Positions 20,106-31,400 are shown, numbered from the stretch's first letter. The stretch: DNA of 64,000 nucleotides from Longimicrobiales bacterium (GCA_965203485.1 OZ241892.1:32001-96000), one strand, 5' to 3'. The notes: generated by a model not told the origin, from the sequence alone. Numbers and translations are program-made.

Positions 20106-21497
20106 TTACGTCGCCGCACGGCCGCTTCCCCCCGGCGCGCCCGGCGGCCGCCTGCGGCTTCTCGTCCGGCCCCCGGCGGGCCGCCCCTGCCCCCCTGGTT
20201 CGGCGCTCGCCAGACGGTCCAGCAACCAGGCGGGGCCGACCTCCCTCCGCTCCATCGTGAACAGCCGCAGCACGCTCGCGGTTCGCTGGAGCTGGGCCGC
20301 CATTCGCGGCAAGTCGATCAGGCCCCGCATCCCTTGGCTGCCCAAGCGGACCACGCCCTTCGCATGCGCCACGAGGAAGTCCATCTGGAACATGGCCTTC
20401 TTGACGGGGAGATCGAGCATCGCTTCGCCGGGACCGAGGCCCAGCTCGGCCGCCACCGCGTCTTCCCAGCGGCGCTTCTCCGGAGTGTCGCCCGCGACCC
20501 AGTTCGGCAGGCGCGCGCCTTCGAGGTCGCTGGCGGCGATCTTGGCGGCGCGCTTCGGCAACCGCCGCGTCCGCAACGCCGGAAGCCACTTGGCCGCCAG
20601 TCGTCGCGCGGCCGTGCGCTCGGAGCCTTCGGCGCGCCGCTCCAAACGGTGGAGGAGTTGCTCGTCGGCTGGGCCCACCAGTTCGTCCGGGCGCAGCAGC
20701 CCCTCCTCCACGGCCGTCTCCACGATGCGCTTGAAGAAGCATGTGGCGGCTCGGACCGCGTGATGCCAGTACACGGTCCGAAACATCTGATACTTCGAGA
20801 AGAGCAGCGACTCCAGCGCGCTCGCCGCCTTCTCGTGGACCCCCACTTCCCAAGCGCCCGTGTCCGGGTCCTGCAGAAGCTCCAGGCCGTGAAGCAGCCG
20901 GTCCACGTCGGCGGCGCCGTAGGGCACACCGCAGAAGCGGGCGTCCCTGCACAGGTACTCCATCTTGTCGAGGTCCAGGCTGCCGCTGACCAAGCCGCGC
21001 AGCGGCGTGGCGCCCTCTCCGCGAATGATGCCGAAGATCGCCCTGGCCGCGTCCGGTCCCAGCGGCGACAGGGCATCGCGAAGCTCCGCGGACTCGAAGA
21101 AGCGTTCCGCCATCGCCTCGTGGCCGCCCGGAATGCGGGCCGGTTCGAGTTCCTCGAGCGCGTGCGAGAAGGCGTAGTGGCCGATGTCGTGCAGCAGCGC
21201 CGCGTAGGGGACGAGCCGGGCGCCTGCCCACGCCTCCTCGGGTCCAGGCTGCTTTTCGCGCAGGACGGCGAGCGCCCGAAGGGCCAGGTGGTAGACGCCC
21301 AGCGCGTGGTCGAAGCGCGTGTGCGTGGCTCCGGGGTAGACCAAGTGCGCCAGCCCCAATTGCCGGATGTAGCGCAACCGCTGGAACGCGGGCGTGTCGA
21401 CGATCGCCACAGCCACGGAATCCAGCCGGATCGTGTTCCACAGCGGATCCCGAACGACGACGGACGTGCGGTGTCCAGGCGTGGCGTACGCGCTCAT
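20106..21497 (-). CDS. HD domain phosphohydrolase (dNTPase/SAMHD1-like family)
   Basis: FQRLRYIRQLG, YPGATHTRFDHALG, LLHDIGH, FSHALE, DLDKMEYLCRD, VYWHH. Confidence 0.88.
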   Translation of the reverse strand: MSAYATPGHRTSVVVRDPLWNTIRLDSVAVAIVDTPAFQRLRYIRQLGLAHLVYPGATHTRFDHALGVYHLALRALAVLREKQPGPEEAWAGARLVPYAALLHDIGHYAFSHALEELEPARIPGGHEAMAERFFESAELRDALSPLGPDAARAIFGIIRGEGATPLRGLVSGSLDLDKMEYLCRDARFCGVPYGAADVDRLLHGLELLQDPDTGAWEVGVHEKAASALESLLFSKYQMFRTVYWHHAVRAATCFFKRIVETAVEEGLLRPDELVGPADEQLLHRLERRAEGSERTAARRLAAKWLPALRTRRLPKRAAKIAASDLEGARLPNWVAGDTPEKRRWEDAVAAELGLGPGEAMLDLPVKKAMFQMDFLVAHAKGVVRLGSQGMRGLIDLPRMAAQLQRTASVLRLFTMERREVGPAWLLDRLASAEPGGQGRPAGGRTRSRRRPPGAPGGSGRAAT

Positions 21498-21600
21498 GAG
21501 CAGCCAACGTACGTGGCTGGAGGCTACGCTGCAATGCGGCTTGGGCAACTTGCGAAGGCTGGACCGGGGCGAGCCCGCGCGGACTACGATCCCCGCTCCT

Positions 21601-21731
21601 GACAGATTCCTAGTGGATTTTGTCGCAGGGCCTGCATTGGCGTCTCGGCGGCGACCTGGGCAGGACGGAACGGACTCCGCTTCCGACGGATTCCTGGTGG
21701 ATTTTGTCGCGGAATCTGTCGGGCGTCTCGG
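21601..21731. repeat. Intergenic imperfect direct repeat (84-bp period) with hairpin
   Basis: GACAGATTCCTAGTGGATTTTGTCGC (21601) and GACGGATTCCTGGTGGATTTTGTCGC (21685). Inverted arms at 21683-21694 and 21711-21722. Confidence 0.8.
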
Positions 21732-21865
21732 CCGCGGCCTTTGGCCCGGGGCGAGGCGGGACTGCCGTCATGGGCTATCTTGCGACGGGTCGCGAAGGGT
21801 AGCCGGGCACGCGGCCGGGCGGCAAGTGGGCGACTGGCGCGACGAGCAAGGGAGACTGCGAGGAA

Positions 21866-22282
21866 ATGGACGCGAAGTCCGGCGCCGGAGAAGGGGGCGC
21901 CGCGCCCCGGAACTCGTCCGGCGAATTGGCGCGGCCGTGCCCCGCCCGCCCCAACTGCGTGTGCAGCCGCCCCGACGCGCCTGCGCGCAACCGGGTCGAT
22001 CCCCTGGCAGTGTCCGGCGATCCGTGGGCCGCGTTCGCGGCGCTCCGGGAGATCGTCTCCGCTCTTCCACGGACCACGCTCGTTTCGGCGACGCGCGACC
22101 GGCTTCATGCCGTGTGCCGCAGCCGCCTGGGGTTCGCGGACGACCTGGAGGCATGCCTGGACGCCGGGGCGGGAGTGATCCACGTGCGCTCGGCGGCCCG
22201 CGTCGGCTATCACGACCTCGGGGTCAACCGCAAGCGCGTGGAGAGGTTGCGCAGGAAGCTCGCCGAACGGGCGGCGCGATAG
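21866..22282 (+). CDS. DUF1499 family protein
   Basis: PCPARPNCVCS, GFADDLE, IHVRSAARVGYHDLGVNRKRVERLR. Confidence 0.88.
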   Translation: MDAKSGAGEGGAAPRNSSGELARPCPARPNCVCSRPDAPARNRVDPLAVSGDPWAAFAALREIVSALPRTTLVSATRDRLHAVCRSRLGFADDLEACLDAGAGVIHVRSAARVGYHDLGVNRKRVERLRRKLAERAAR

Positions 22283-22330
22283 CGGCAGGAGCTTGACGCG
22301 ATACCGAACAAAAGGCGAATACTGTTCGGC

Positions 22331-23497
22331 ATGGAGCGGTCGCGGCTGAAGGAGCACGTGCTGGCTCGGGCAGAGAACCGGCCCGGAGTGTACCGTTGGC
22401 TGGACGCCGACGGGCGCATTCTCTACGTGGGCAAGTCGGTGCGGACGCGGGCGCGGCTGCTGTCCTACTTCGGCGCCCTTCAGGGCCGCGACCGCCGCAA
22501 CGGGGCGAAGCACGCCCGGCTGATGAGGGAGGCGGCGAGCGTGGCGTGGGACTACGTGCCCAACGAGTTCGCGGCTCTCTTCCGCGAGATGCGGCTCATT
22601 CGGGCCTGGCAGCCGGCCTACAACGTCGAGCACAAGCGGGGCCGTCCCGTCGCGTTCGCCAAGGTGACGCGCGAGCCCGCTCCCCGGATCGTGGCCACGA
22701 CGAGCGTGGCGCGCGACGGAGCCCGGTACTACGGTCCGTTCAGCCGGGCCGGGTGGCTGGCCGAGGCGACCAACGACCTCGCGCGCGTGCTGGGACTGCG
22801 CGATTGTCCCGCCGACACGCCGACTCGGTTCGGCGGCCAGCTGGAGATGTTCTCGGCGAAGCGGGCGCCCATGTGCCTGCGGGGAGACGTGGGCGGCTGC
22901 TTGGCGCCCTGCGCGGGCCGTTGCACGCGTGCGGAGTACATGGTGCGGGTAGCCGCCGCCCGGGCGTTCTTGGAGGGACGAAGCCGGGCGCCTCTGGACA
23001 TGGTGGCGAGCGCCATGGCGGCGTCGGCGCAGCGCATGGCCTTCGAGGAGGCGGCGAGGATGCGCGACCGCTTGGCCCGCCTGGAGAAGCTGCGCCGGCG
23101 CCTGTCGGTGTTTCCGGGCGGCGGCCTGGACATGAACTTGGTGTACTCGGTTCCGGGCTTCGGGGGCGACGATCGCTTGTACCTGATTCGGCGGGGCCGG
23201 TTGCACGGCGATCTGCCCATGCCGAAGTCGGGGCCGGACTACCGCCGGGCGGCCGAGTTCGTCGTGGAAGCGTTTCGCCCCGTGGCGGAGGACGGTGAGC
23301 GCGGCCTCGACGCCGACGCCGCGGCGGACGCGATGCTCGCGGCCAGATGGTTTTCGCGCCGCCGCAGCGAGCGCCGCCGCGCCTTGCCGCCGCAGCAATG
23401 GCTGGCCCGAGCCGCGGGCAACTTCAAGGCGGGGACGCCTGCCGCTTCGCCCAGCGCATGGGGGGAACCGGCTCCTGCTTGGCGCTCGACCGGATGA
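22331..23497 (+). CDS. UvrC/Cho-like GIY-YIG nuclease with UvrB/UvrC motif
   Basis: PGVYRW...LYVGKS..RARLLSYF, YYGPF, Cys cluster (C..GCLAPC), FEEAARMRD. Confidence 0.85.
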   Translation: MERSRLKEHVLARAENRPGVYRWLDADGRILYVGKSVRTRARLLSYFGALQGRDRRNGAKHARLMREAASVAWDYVPNEFAALFREMRLIRAWQPAYNVEHKRGRPVAFAKVTREPAPRIVATTSVARDGARYYGPFSRAGWLAEATNDLARVLGLRDCPADTPTRFGGQLEMFSAKRAPMCLRGDVGGCLAPCAGRCTRAEYMVRVAAARAFLEGRSRAPLDMVASAMAASAQRMAFEEAARMRDRLARLEKLRRRLSVFPGGGLDMNLVYSVPGFGGDDRLYLIRRGRLHGDLPMPKSGPDYRRAAEFVVEAFRPVAEDGERGLDADAAADAMLAARWFSRRRSERRRALPPQQWLARAAGNFKAGTPAASPSAWGEPAPAWRSTG

Positions 23498-24035
23498 GCG
23501 TCTCCAGGCGGCGCAGCCTCGTCTCTTCGCGCTTGGCGCTGACGATCCACCAAGTCGTCTGCTTGCGGTAGGACGGGCTGGCCGTCCGGAAGTAGCTCCA
23601 GGCCGCGCGATCCGCCTTCAGCCTGCGTTCGTATTCGGGCGGCAACGTTACGTCTTCGTCCGCCTGTTCGTAGGACGCTCGCCGTTCCTTGGCCGGGTTG
23701 CGGCTGCGGTATGCGGCCACGCCGGGCTCCACGACCAGCCCCGCCTTCAAGAGATGCTGGATGCGGTCCAAGTTGCGCGCGCTCCAATGGCTTCCGGGCC
23801 GGCGGGGCGTGAACCGGATCTTGTAGCGCTTCTCGTCGATCGACTTGCGGATTCCGTCGATCCACCCGAAGCACAGCGCCACGTCCACCGACTCGGGCCA
23901 AGTCATGCTGGGCTCGCCGGTCGCCTTCTTGAAGTAGCCCACCCAGAGTTCGGAGCGCTCGTCGTGGCGGCGCTCCAGCCAAGCGCGGAATTCCTTCGGC
24001 CCGCGGAAGAACAGGGCCGCCTGCTGGGCGTCCAC
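23424..24035 (-). CDS. YdeI/OmpD-associated family protein
   Basis: FRAWLE, ALCFGWIDG, FTPRRPGSHWS, SAKREETRLRRL. Confidence 0.88.
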   Translation of the reverse strand: MDAQQAALFFRGPKEFRAWLERRHDERSELWVGYFKKATGEPSMTWPESVDVALCFGWIDGIRKSIDEKRYKIRFTPRRPGSHWSARNLDRIQHLLKAGLVVEPGVAAYRSRNPAKERRASYEQADEDVTLPPEYERRLKADRAAWSYFRTASPSYRKQTTWWIVSAKREETRLRRLETLIRSSAKQEPVPPMRWAKRQASPP

Positions 24036-24039
24036 GTTC

Positions 24040-25734
24040 TCAGGCCTCGTGGGTCGTTCGGCCGCCGGCAACGGTTCGCAGCACGGGAATGTGCTTGATG
24101 GCTTCCGGGTCCATGTCGCCCGGATCGTCGGCCAGCACGACGAAGTCGGCCAGCTTGCCCGCGGCGATGGAGCCTTTGTCCTGCTCCTCGAACGACGCGT
24201 AGGCGCCGCCCATCGTGCATATGCGCAACGCCTCGTCGACGGAGATGCGCTGGCTGGCGCCCCAGACCCTCCCGTCGAAGTCCTTTCGCGTCACCATGCT
24301 CTGCAGCGCCATCAGCGGTTCGTAGGGACCAGGCGTGTAGTCGGACGCCGGAGCGACGGGTATGCCGTGGTCCAGGAACGAGCGGTGCGCGAACATCCAT
24401 TCCATTTTCTCGGCGCCGTACTCGACCCACTTGTTGCCGTGGTAGTGAACGTAAGTGTAGAAGGGCGTTGGCACGGCGCCCGCCGCCTTGATGCGGCGAA
24501 GCAGCTCCGGATTGACGAGCGAACAGTGCTCGATGCGGTGGCGGACGCCGGGACGCGGCCACGTCTCCTGCACGCGCTCGTAGGCGCCGAGGACCATGTC
24601 GATCGCGACGTCGCCGTTGGCGTGGATGCCCACTTGCCATCCCGAACGGTGGGCGCGCTCGACGACTTCATGGATTTCCTCCTGGCTCATGACGAGGATG
24701 CCGTAGTCGTCGGGACGTCCCACATAGGGCGTGCTCATGCGCATCGTGCGCTCCGAAGCCGAGCCGTCGGCGCTGTACTTGACGCCGCCCACCCGCAGCC
24801 ATTCGTCGCCGAATCCGGTCGAGACGCCGGCCTCGCGGAGACTCTCGTACGGTCCGCGCATCATCATGTAGACCCGGCAACTCAGCTGGCCCGCCGCGTA
24901 CGCGGCCTGGTAGGCGGCCAAGCTTGCGGACGACGTGCCCGCGTCGTGGATCGACGTGAGGCCGGCTTCGGCCATCAGGCGCGTGATCAGCGCGACCCCG
25001 GCCTGCCGGTCCGCGTCCGTGTGCGTGCTGGGAATCAGGGCGCGCAGCACGTAGTTGGCGCGTTCCGCAACCAAGCCCGTCAATTCGCCGGCTTCGCGGT
25101 AGAACCGGCCGCCGGGAGGATCGGGCGTCTCCGCCGTGACCCCGGCCAGCTCGAAGGCGCGCGAGTTGTAGACGCTGGTGTGCCCGCCGCGGTGGCCGAC
25201 CGCCACGGGGTGGCCCGGAACCGCCTCGTCCAGGTCGGGCCGGCTCAGCGGGCGCCCCTCGGCCAGCTTCGTGTCGTCGTACTTGAAGCCGACGACCCAT
25301 TCGCCGGGCGGAGTCTCGCTGGCGCGCGTCGCAAGCCTGTTCTTGATCTCGGCGATGCTGCGCGCGTCCACGTTGACGTCCTTGAGTTCGCGAACGCCGG
25401 CGCCTGCCGGATGACTGTGCGCATCGACGAAGCCGGGGACGATCACGGCGTCGCCGTAGTCCATCACCGCTGTGCCGGGCCCGCGCAGATTGTCGACCTC
25501 GCGCCTGGCGCCAACGGCCAGAAAGCGTCCGTCCTTGACCGCGAACGACTCGGCCACAGGACTGTCGTCGTCCATGGTGCGGACGCGCAACCCGTGCACG
25601 ACGAGGTCCGGCGCCGTCGAGGCCGTTCCGCCGCCCAGGGTCGCGTCGCAACCGCCGGCGAGTCCGGCGCCCGCCACCCCTGCCGCGGCGGTCAGGAACT
25701 GGCCGCGCGTCACTGCGTCTCCGCTCGTTCTCAT
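24040..25734 (-). CDS. Amidohydrolase 3 (YtcJ-like) with Tat/lipoprotein-like signal
   Basis: TRGQFL...GGC signal, PGFVDAHSH, HANGD, RIEHCS, GKLADFVVL. Confidence 0.9.
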   Translation of the reverse strand: MRTSGDAVTRGQFLTAAAGVAGAGLAGGCDATLGGGTASTAPDLVVHGLRVRTMDDDSPVAESFAVKDGRFLAVGARREVDNLRGPGTAVMDYGDAVIVPGFVDAHSHPAGAGVRELKDVNVDARSIAEIKNRLATRASETPPGEWVVGFKYDDTKLAEGRPLSRPDLDEAVPGHPVAVGHRGGHTSVYNSRAFELAGVTAETPDPPGGRFYREAGELTGLVAERANYVLRALIPSTHTDADRQAGVALITRLMAEAGLTSIHDAGTSSASLAAYQAAYAAGQLSCRVYMMMRGPYESLREAGVSTGFGDEWLRVGGVKYSADGSASERTMRMSTPYVGRPDDYGILVMSQEEIHEVVERAHRSGWQVGIHANGDVAIDMVLGAYERVQETWPRPGVRHRIEHCSLVNPELLRRIKAAGAVPTPFYTYVHYHGNKWVEYGAEKMEWMFAHRSFLDHGIPVAPASDYTPGPYEPLMALQSMVTRKDFDGRVWGASQRISVDEALRICTMGGAYASFEEQDKGSIAAGKLADFVVLADDPGDMDPEAIKHIPVLRTVAGGRTTHEA

Positions 25735-25789
25735 TGCTTTTCTCCTTGTCGACGGAGATCAACCTACGCAAGCGGGATCGAGTACGCAG

Positions 25790-26261
25790 GCCTCCGGTCG
25801 ATTTCCGAAGCCTTGGTCCTTCGGGCGGAAGGAGCATACGTTCAGAAGGGGGCCTCTTCGGATCTTCGGATGACGCAACACTCGAGCTTGACTACGCCGA
25901 GTTCTCGGCCCTCTTGAAGACCGGCACGAGCGGTACGCCGTCGATTCACGTGTTCGGCGGACCCGCCGTCGGAATCAACACGAGTTGCCGGATAAGCGCA
26001 CACGTGATTGCCGACATCGTGGATCGCCTGTTTGGGTCCAGCGGCATCGAAGAGGGGCCGTGCGACGCGCCGAGCGAAGAGATCGTTGTCGAGACGTTCG
26101 ACTTCGGAGCCAAGGTCGGAATGGAGTTCGCCATGCGTGCCGGCGAATCAACCAGGCTTTCGTTGGAGCTGGCGTACGCGCTGGGGCTCGCCGACCTGGG
26201 CGGGGGCGCCAAGAATCGAACGTTCCTGATCCAAGCCGGGGCGGCCATACCGGTAGGCTGA
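25790..26261 (+). pseudogene. Outer-membrane beta-barrel (PorT-like) remnant, frameshifted and lacking N-terminus
   Basis: LRAEGAYVQKGA in one frame, then TLELDYAEFSALLK...FGGPAVG...FDFG...YALGLADL...KNRTFLIQAGAAIPVG in another. No signal peptide. Confidence 0.55.
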
Positions 26262-26352
26262 CCCGGCGAGCGACGGTCTGCCGGGCCAAGCGAGCAAGCC
26301 GGCGAAACGGCGGCGGGCGGGGGCGACGAGAGAGCGGACGAACTCGGGCGAG

Positions 26353-27849
26353 TCACCCAACCCCGGCCTTGAAGGCGGTCCCAGCGCGCCGCCGCGCCGC
26401 CGCAACTTCGGCCGCCGCTCCCTCCGGCGGCCGGGTCGCCAAGCTCGCTGCGACGGTGACCAGCAACCCCACCGCGCATCCGGGAATCATCTCGTAGAGG
26501 TCGTAGACGCGGCTCTTGAACGCGGTGGCCCAAACCATCGCGGCCGCAAAGCCGGCGATCATGCCGCACACGGCGCCGGCCCGCGTCGTGCGCGCCCAGA
26601 ACAGCGAGCAGAGCACCACAGGCGTAAACGCCGAAGCCAGTCCGGCCCAGGCGAAGAGCACGAACCAGAAGATCGTCCGGCTCTCGGACAGCGCGGTCCA
26701 GAGCGCCGCCGCGCCGATCGCCGCCGTGAGCAGGCGCCCGGCCCAGGACAGCCAGCGGTCCGAGAGGCCGGGCATGAGCACCTTCTGCAACAAGTCGCGC
26801 ACGACCGCCGACGAGGCCAGGATGAGCAGCGAGTCCACCGTCGACATGATGGCCGCGAGGACCACGACGAGGAACACGCCGGCCACGATTGCCGGAAACA
26901 GCTCGGCGGCCATGACGGGCAGCACCGTCTCGCTGTCGGCCAGCCCAGGGAACAGGACGCGCCCAGCGGCGCCCGCCAGCACCGCGCCCATGTCGAACAC
27001 GATCATGCAGATCACGGCGATCACGCCGCCGCCCGCCATCTCGCTCCGGCCGCGTGCGGCCACGAACCGGGTCAGCAGCTGCGGTGCGCCCAGGAACGCC
27101 AGCCCGATCCCCGCCAGGCTGAGCGCGCTGACGACGCCCGCCGCGGTCAGGCCGTGCGATCCCATCGGCAGCAGGAGCGCCGGGTCCGCCGCCCGCAGCC
27201 CGTCCACCAGGGCGCCCCAGCCGCCCACGTGCCAGATCGCCGCGACCGGCAGCACGAGCAGGCACAGGAACATCAGCACCCCCTGCACGAAGTCGCTGTA
27301 CGCGACCGCCTTGAAGCCGCCGATGCTCGTGTACAGCAGGACGATCGCGGCGCCCGCGACGACGCCTCCTTCGTAGCTCGTCCCCAGGAACGACGAGAAC
27401 GCCTTGCCCGAAGCGGTGAGTTGCGCGGCGGCGTACGCCAGGACCATCGCGAAGACGATTGCCGCGCTCACGATTCGAAGCACGTGCGCCGAGTCCCTGA
27501 ACCGCACGGCCAAGTAGTCCGGCACCGTGATCGCGTCGTAGCGGTCGGTGAGCTCCTTGAACGGCCGGGCGACGACCGTCCAGGCCAGGGCCACGCCGAG
27601 CACCTCGCCCAGCACTACCCAGAGCGCGTGAAAGCCGATCAGCCACCCCATCCCCGTGAGGCCCAGCAACAGCCATCCGCTCTCGCCCGTCGCGTTGGCC
27701 GAGAACGCGATCACCCACGACGGCAGCTTCTTGCCCGCGACGTAGAAGCCGGCCAAGGAGCGGCTCTCGCGCCGCGCCCACCAGGCGATCCCGGCCAGGA
27801 CCGCCAAGTAGGCGGCCACGACGGCGATCACGGCTCCCGATTCAGGCAC
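26353..27849 (-). CDS. putP: Sodium/proline (solute:sodium) symporter
   Basis: FSANATGESGWLLLGLTG, YTSIGGFKAVAYSDFVQG, LAAIMSTVDS, FAWAGL, YEMIPG. Confidence 0.85.
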   Translation of the reverse strand: MPESGAVIAVVAAYLAVLAGIAWWARRESRSLAGFYVAGKKLPSWVIAFSANATGESGWLLLGLTGMGWLIGFHALWVVLGEVLGVALAWTVVARPFKELTDRYDAITVPDYLAVRFRDSAHVLRIVSAAIVFAMVLAYAAAQLTASGKAFSSFLGTSYEGGVVAGAAIVLLYTSIGGFKAVAYSDFVQGVLMFLCLLVLPVAAIWHVGGWGALVDGLRAADPALLLPMGSHGLTAAGVVSALSLAGIGLAFLGAPQLLTRFVAARGRSEMAGGGVIAVICMIVFDMGAVLAGAAGRVLFPGLADSETVLPVMAAELFPAIVAGVFLVVVLAAIMSTVDSLLILASSAVVRDLLQKVLMPGLSDRWLSWAGRLLTAAIGAAALWTALSESRTIFWFVLFAWAGLASAFTPVVLCSLFWARTTRAGAVCGMIAGFAAAMVWATAFKSRVYDLYEMIPGCAVGLLVTVAASLATRPPEGAAAEVAAARRRAGTAFKAGVG

Positions 27850-28015
27850 GGCGGCCCGGCGAGTCGGAGGCGTCCGAGTTGCCCGAAGCGCCGCCTTCGC
27901 CCCCCTCCGCACCCTCGCGGCGGTGCGCCCGAAACGAGATCAGCACGACGGCGAGCCCGGGCGCCGTGGCCGCGACCATCAGAGCCCAGGTCGCGGCCGG
28001 GAGCCCGGCGATCAT
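27842..28015 (-). CDS. Small single-TM protein upstream of symporter
   Basis: MIAGLPAATWALMVAATAPGLAVVLISFRAHRR. Its stop overlaps the symporter start. Confidence 0.55.
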   Translation of the reverse strand: MIAGLPAATWALMVAATAPGLAVVLISFRAHRREGAEGGEGGASGNSDASDSPGRRA

Positions 28016-28434
28016 CGGCGCCGCGCCGTGCCGTGCCCGGCAGGCTGGCGAGATGCGGGCGAGGGCTTCGGCGGCCTGGTCGTCGTCGTGCGGTGCAACA
28101 GGTCGGATCGACGGGCGGGGCCAGGGCTCGATGGCGGGGCGGGTGCGCGCATGTGCTGGCGTGAGTGTCGAAGTTCCCCGGGTCGGCGACGCCGAAATGC
28201 CGCTTGCGTGGTCAAGAGATAGCATCTCCTCGGGGTGCACGCCACCCGGGCCGTGCGGCCGCAGGGCATGGTCCGGCGCACTGGGTTGGCGCGCAAAGAC
28301 CGTGCTGGCCAGCCTCGTGATCGGTTCCCCTGTCGGCGCGCCACGGACGATGCCCTTGCCGTCGTTCAGCGCCGCGCTTCCATTGAGATTGTGGCCCGCC
28401 AGTTCCTCAGTTCCTCGCTCAGCCCGGCCGTCCC

Positions 28435-31400
28435 ATGCGCCCTGTCCTCGCCGTCCTTTCCGCCACAGTGCTCTCCACCAGCCCCGCGCCTGCGCCGCCG
28501 CTGGCCGCTCAGCAGGACATTGCGGTCGAGCGCATCAGGCGCGCCGCCGCCGGACTTCGTCTGCGCGAGTTGGGCCCGGCGCTGATGGGGGGCCGCATCG
28601 CCGACATCGCCGTTCATCCGTCGGACCCGGCCACGTGGTACGTCGCGGTCGGATCGGGAGGCGTCTGGAAGACCACGAACGCGGGCACGACCTGGACGCC
28701 GCTCTTCGACGGCCAGCCGTCCTATTCGATCGGGGCCGTGGCGATAGATCCGTCGAGCCCGAACATCGTTTGGGTGGGGACCGGGGAGAACGTGAGCGGC
28801 AGGCACGTGGGGTGGGGAGACGGCGTGTACCGGAGCCTGGACGGCGGCCGCGCATGGGAGCGAATGGGGTTGGCCGGCTCCGAGCACATTGGCAAGATTC
28901 TCGTCGACCCGCGGGACGGCGCCACGGTGTTCGTGGCGGCGGAAGGACCTCTGTGGTCGGCGGGCGGCGAGCGCGGGTTGTACAAGACGACGGACGGCGG
29001 CGCGAGCTGGCGGGCCGTGCTTCAGGTGGACGAAGGCACGGGCGTGACGGACGTCGAGTTCGATCCGAAGAATCCGGACGTCTTGTACGCGGCCACCTAC
29101 GAACGCAGGCGCAGCGTGTGGGCGTTGTTGGCCGGGGGGCCGGGATCCGGCATTCACAAGTCGGTGGACGGCGGCGAGACGTGGCGGGAAGCGACCGCCG
29201 GCTTGCCCAGCGGAGACATGGGCAAGATCGGCTTGGACGTCTCGGAGGCGAACCCGGACGTCTTGTACGCTACGATCGAGGCCGGCCCGGACGAGCGCGG
29301 GTTCTATCGCTCCGTGGACCGAGGCGAGAGCTGGGAGCGCCGCAATTCCTACATCTCGGGCGGCACCGGCCCGCACTACTACCAAGAGATCGAGGCGTCG
29401 CCGCACGACGTGGACGTCGTCTATCAGATGGACGTGTTCGTGCACGTCACTCGCGACGGCGGCGCCACCTTCGCCGAACTCGGCACGGGCCGGGAGAAGC
29501 ACAGTGACAATCATGCGTTCTGGATCGATCCGAAGAACCCGCGGCACATCCTGGCGGGCACCGACGCGGGCCTCTACGAGACCTTCGACGAGGGCACGAC
29601 CTGGCGTCACTTCCCCAACCTGCCGATCTCGCAGTTCTACAAGCTGGCGCTCGACGACGCGGAGCCGTTCTACAACATCCTGGGCGGGGCGCAGGACCTC
29701 GGCACGCTGCTCGGACCGTCGCGCACGCTCAACGTCGAGGGCGTGCGCAACCGCGACTGGAGCGTGCCCCTGGGCGCCGACGGCTATGCCTCCGCATTCG
29801 ATCCGTTCGACCCGAACATCGCGTACATACAGTCGCAACAGGGCAATCTTCAACGCCTCGACCTGCGCACGATGGAGCTGATCGGCATCCGGCCGTTGCC
29901 CGCGCCGGGCGATCCGCCGGAACGATGGAACTGGGACTCGCCCGTAATCGCGAGCCCGCACGCCGCCGGCCGCATCTACTATGCGTCGCAGCGTTTGTGG
30001 CGAAGCGACGACCACGGCAATTCCTGGCGCGCCGCCAGCGGCGACCTGACCCGCAACCTCAACCGCTACGAGCTCGAGATGGCCGGGCGCGTGCGCAGCG
30101 TGGACGCGCTCTACGGCAACACTGCCATGTCGTGGTATTCGACGATCACGACGATCTCGGAGTCGCCGGTGGCCGAAGGTGTCTTGTACGCGGGCACCGA
30201 CGACGGTCTGATCCAGGTCAGCCAGGACGGAGGCGCAACTTGGAGGACCGCGGCGCCGTTGCCGGGAGTGCCGGAGCGCGCGTTCATGAACGACGTGAAG
30301 GCTTCGCAGTTCGACGCGGGCGCCGTTTTCGTCGCGGCGGACGCGCACAAGGAGGGCGACTACCGGCCTCTCCTGTTCGGGAGCGCCGACTTCGGACGCA
30401 GTTGGCAGGAGATCGGGAGCGGCTTGCCCGGCGGCGCAGTCGTTTGGTCCGTGGAGCAGGACCACGTGAACGCCGACCTGCTGTTCGCGGGCACCGAGTT
30501 CGGCGTTCAGTTCACTCCCAACGGCGGCGCCGACTGGATCGCGCTGGACGCCGGCGTCCCCACGATCGCGTTCAGGGACCTGGAGATTCAGCGCCGCGAC
30601 GACGACCTGGTGGGCGCGACGTTCGGGCGCGGCTTCTACGTGCTGGACGACTATGCGCCGTTGCGCGCCATGGCGGCCGGAGCGCTGGGCGACGAGGCCA
30701 TGGCCGACTGGGCGGCGGGCGGAGAAGGAGCCGCGGCGCCGCGGCCGGCGAACGAGACGGGCGAGGCCGCAAGTCCGTCCGCCGTCGGCAGCGGCGTTCT
30801 GCTGCCTGTGCGCGACGCGTGGTGGTACGTCCCCAACGTGCCGATGCAGGCCCGGGGCCGGCCGACTCTGGGCTCCACCGCCTACGTGGCCCCCAATCCG
30901 GACTTCGGCGCCGTGTTCACGTACTACGTCCAGGCGGCGCCCGAGACGCGGCGCGACCAACGCCTCCGCGCCGAATCCGAGCTCCGGGAGCGGGGCGAAG
31001 ACGTGCCCTTCCCTGGCTACGAGCGCTTGGCCGCGGAGGCGGGCGAACGCGACGCCCGCGTCGTGCTCTTGGTTCGCGACTCGGCCGGCAACCCGGTGAG
31101 CCGCATCGCCGCGCCGGCCTCCGAGGGCCTGCACCGCGCCAGCTGGGACTTGCGCCGTCCGCCCCCCGACCCCGTGGACCTGTCTCCGCCCGGCTTCACG
31201 CCCCCGTGGGCCGGAGTGCGCCGCGGGGCCCTGGCGCCGCCCGGCAACTACACCGTGGAAATGGCGTTTGCGGACGCTGCCGGCCTGCACCCGCTGGGCG
31301 GCCCCCGGCCCTTCGTCGTCAAGCCCGTGCCCGTCGCGCACGCCAATGCGGACTTCCCGGCCGCGACGGCCTTCCAGGAAGAGACCAGCGAGGTGTTGCG

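Noticed and set aside
21601..21731. Possible CRISPR array
   Set aside because: Only two repeat units, a 58-bp spacer with shared sequence, and no cas genes.
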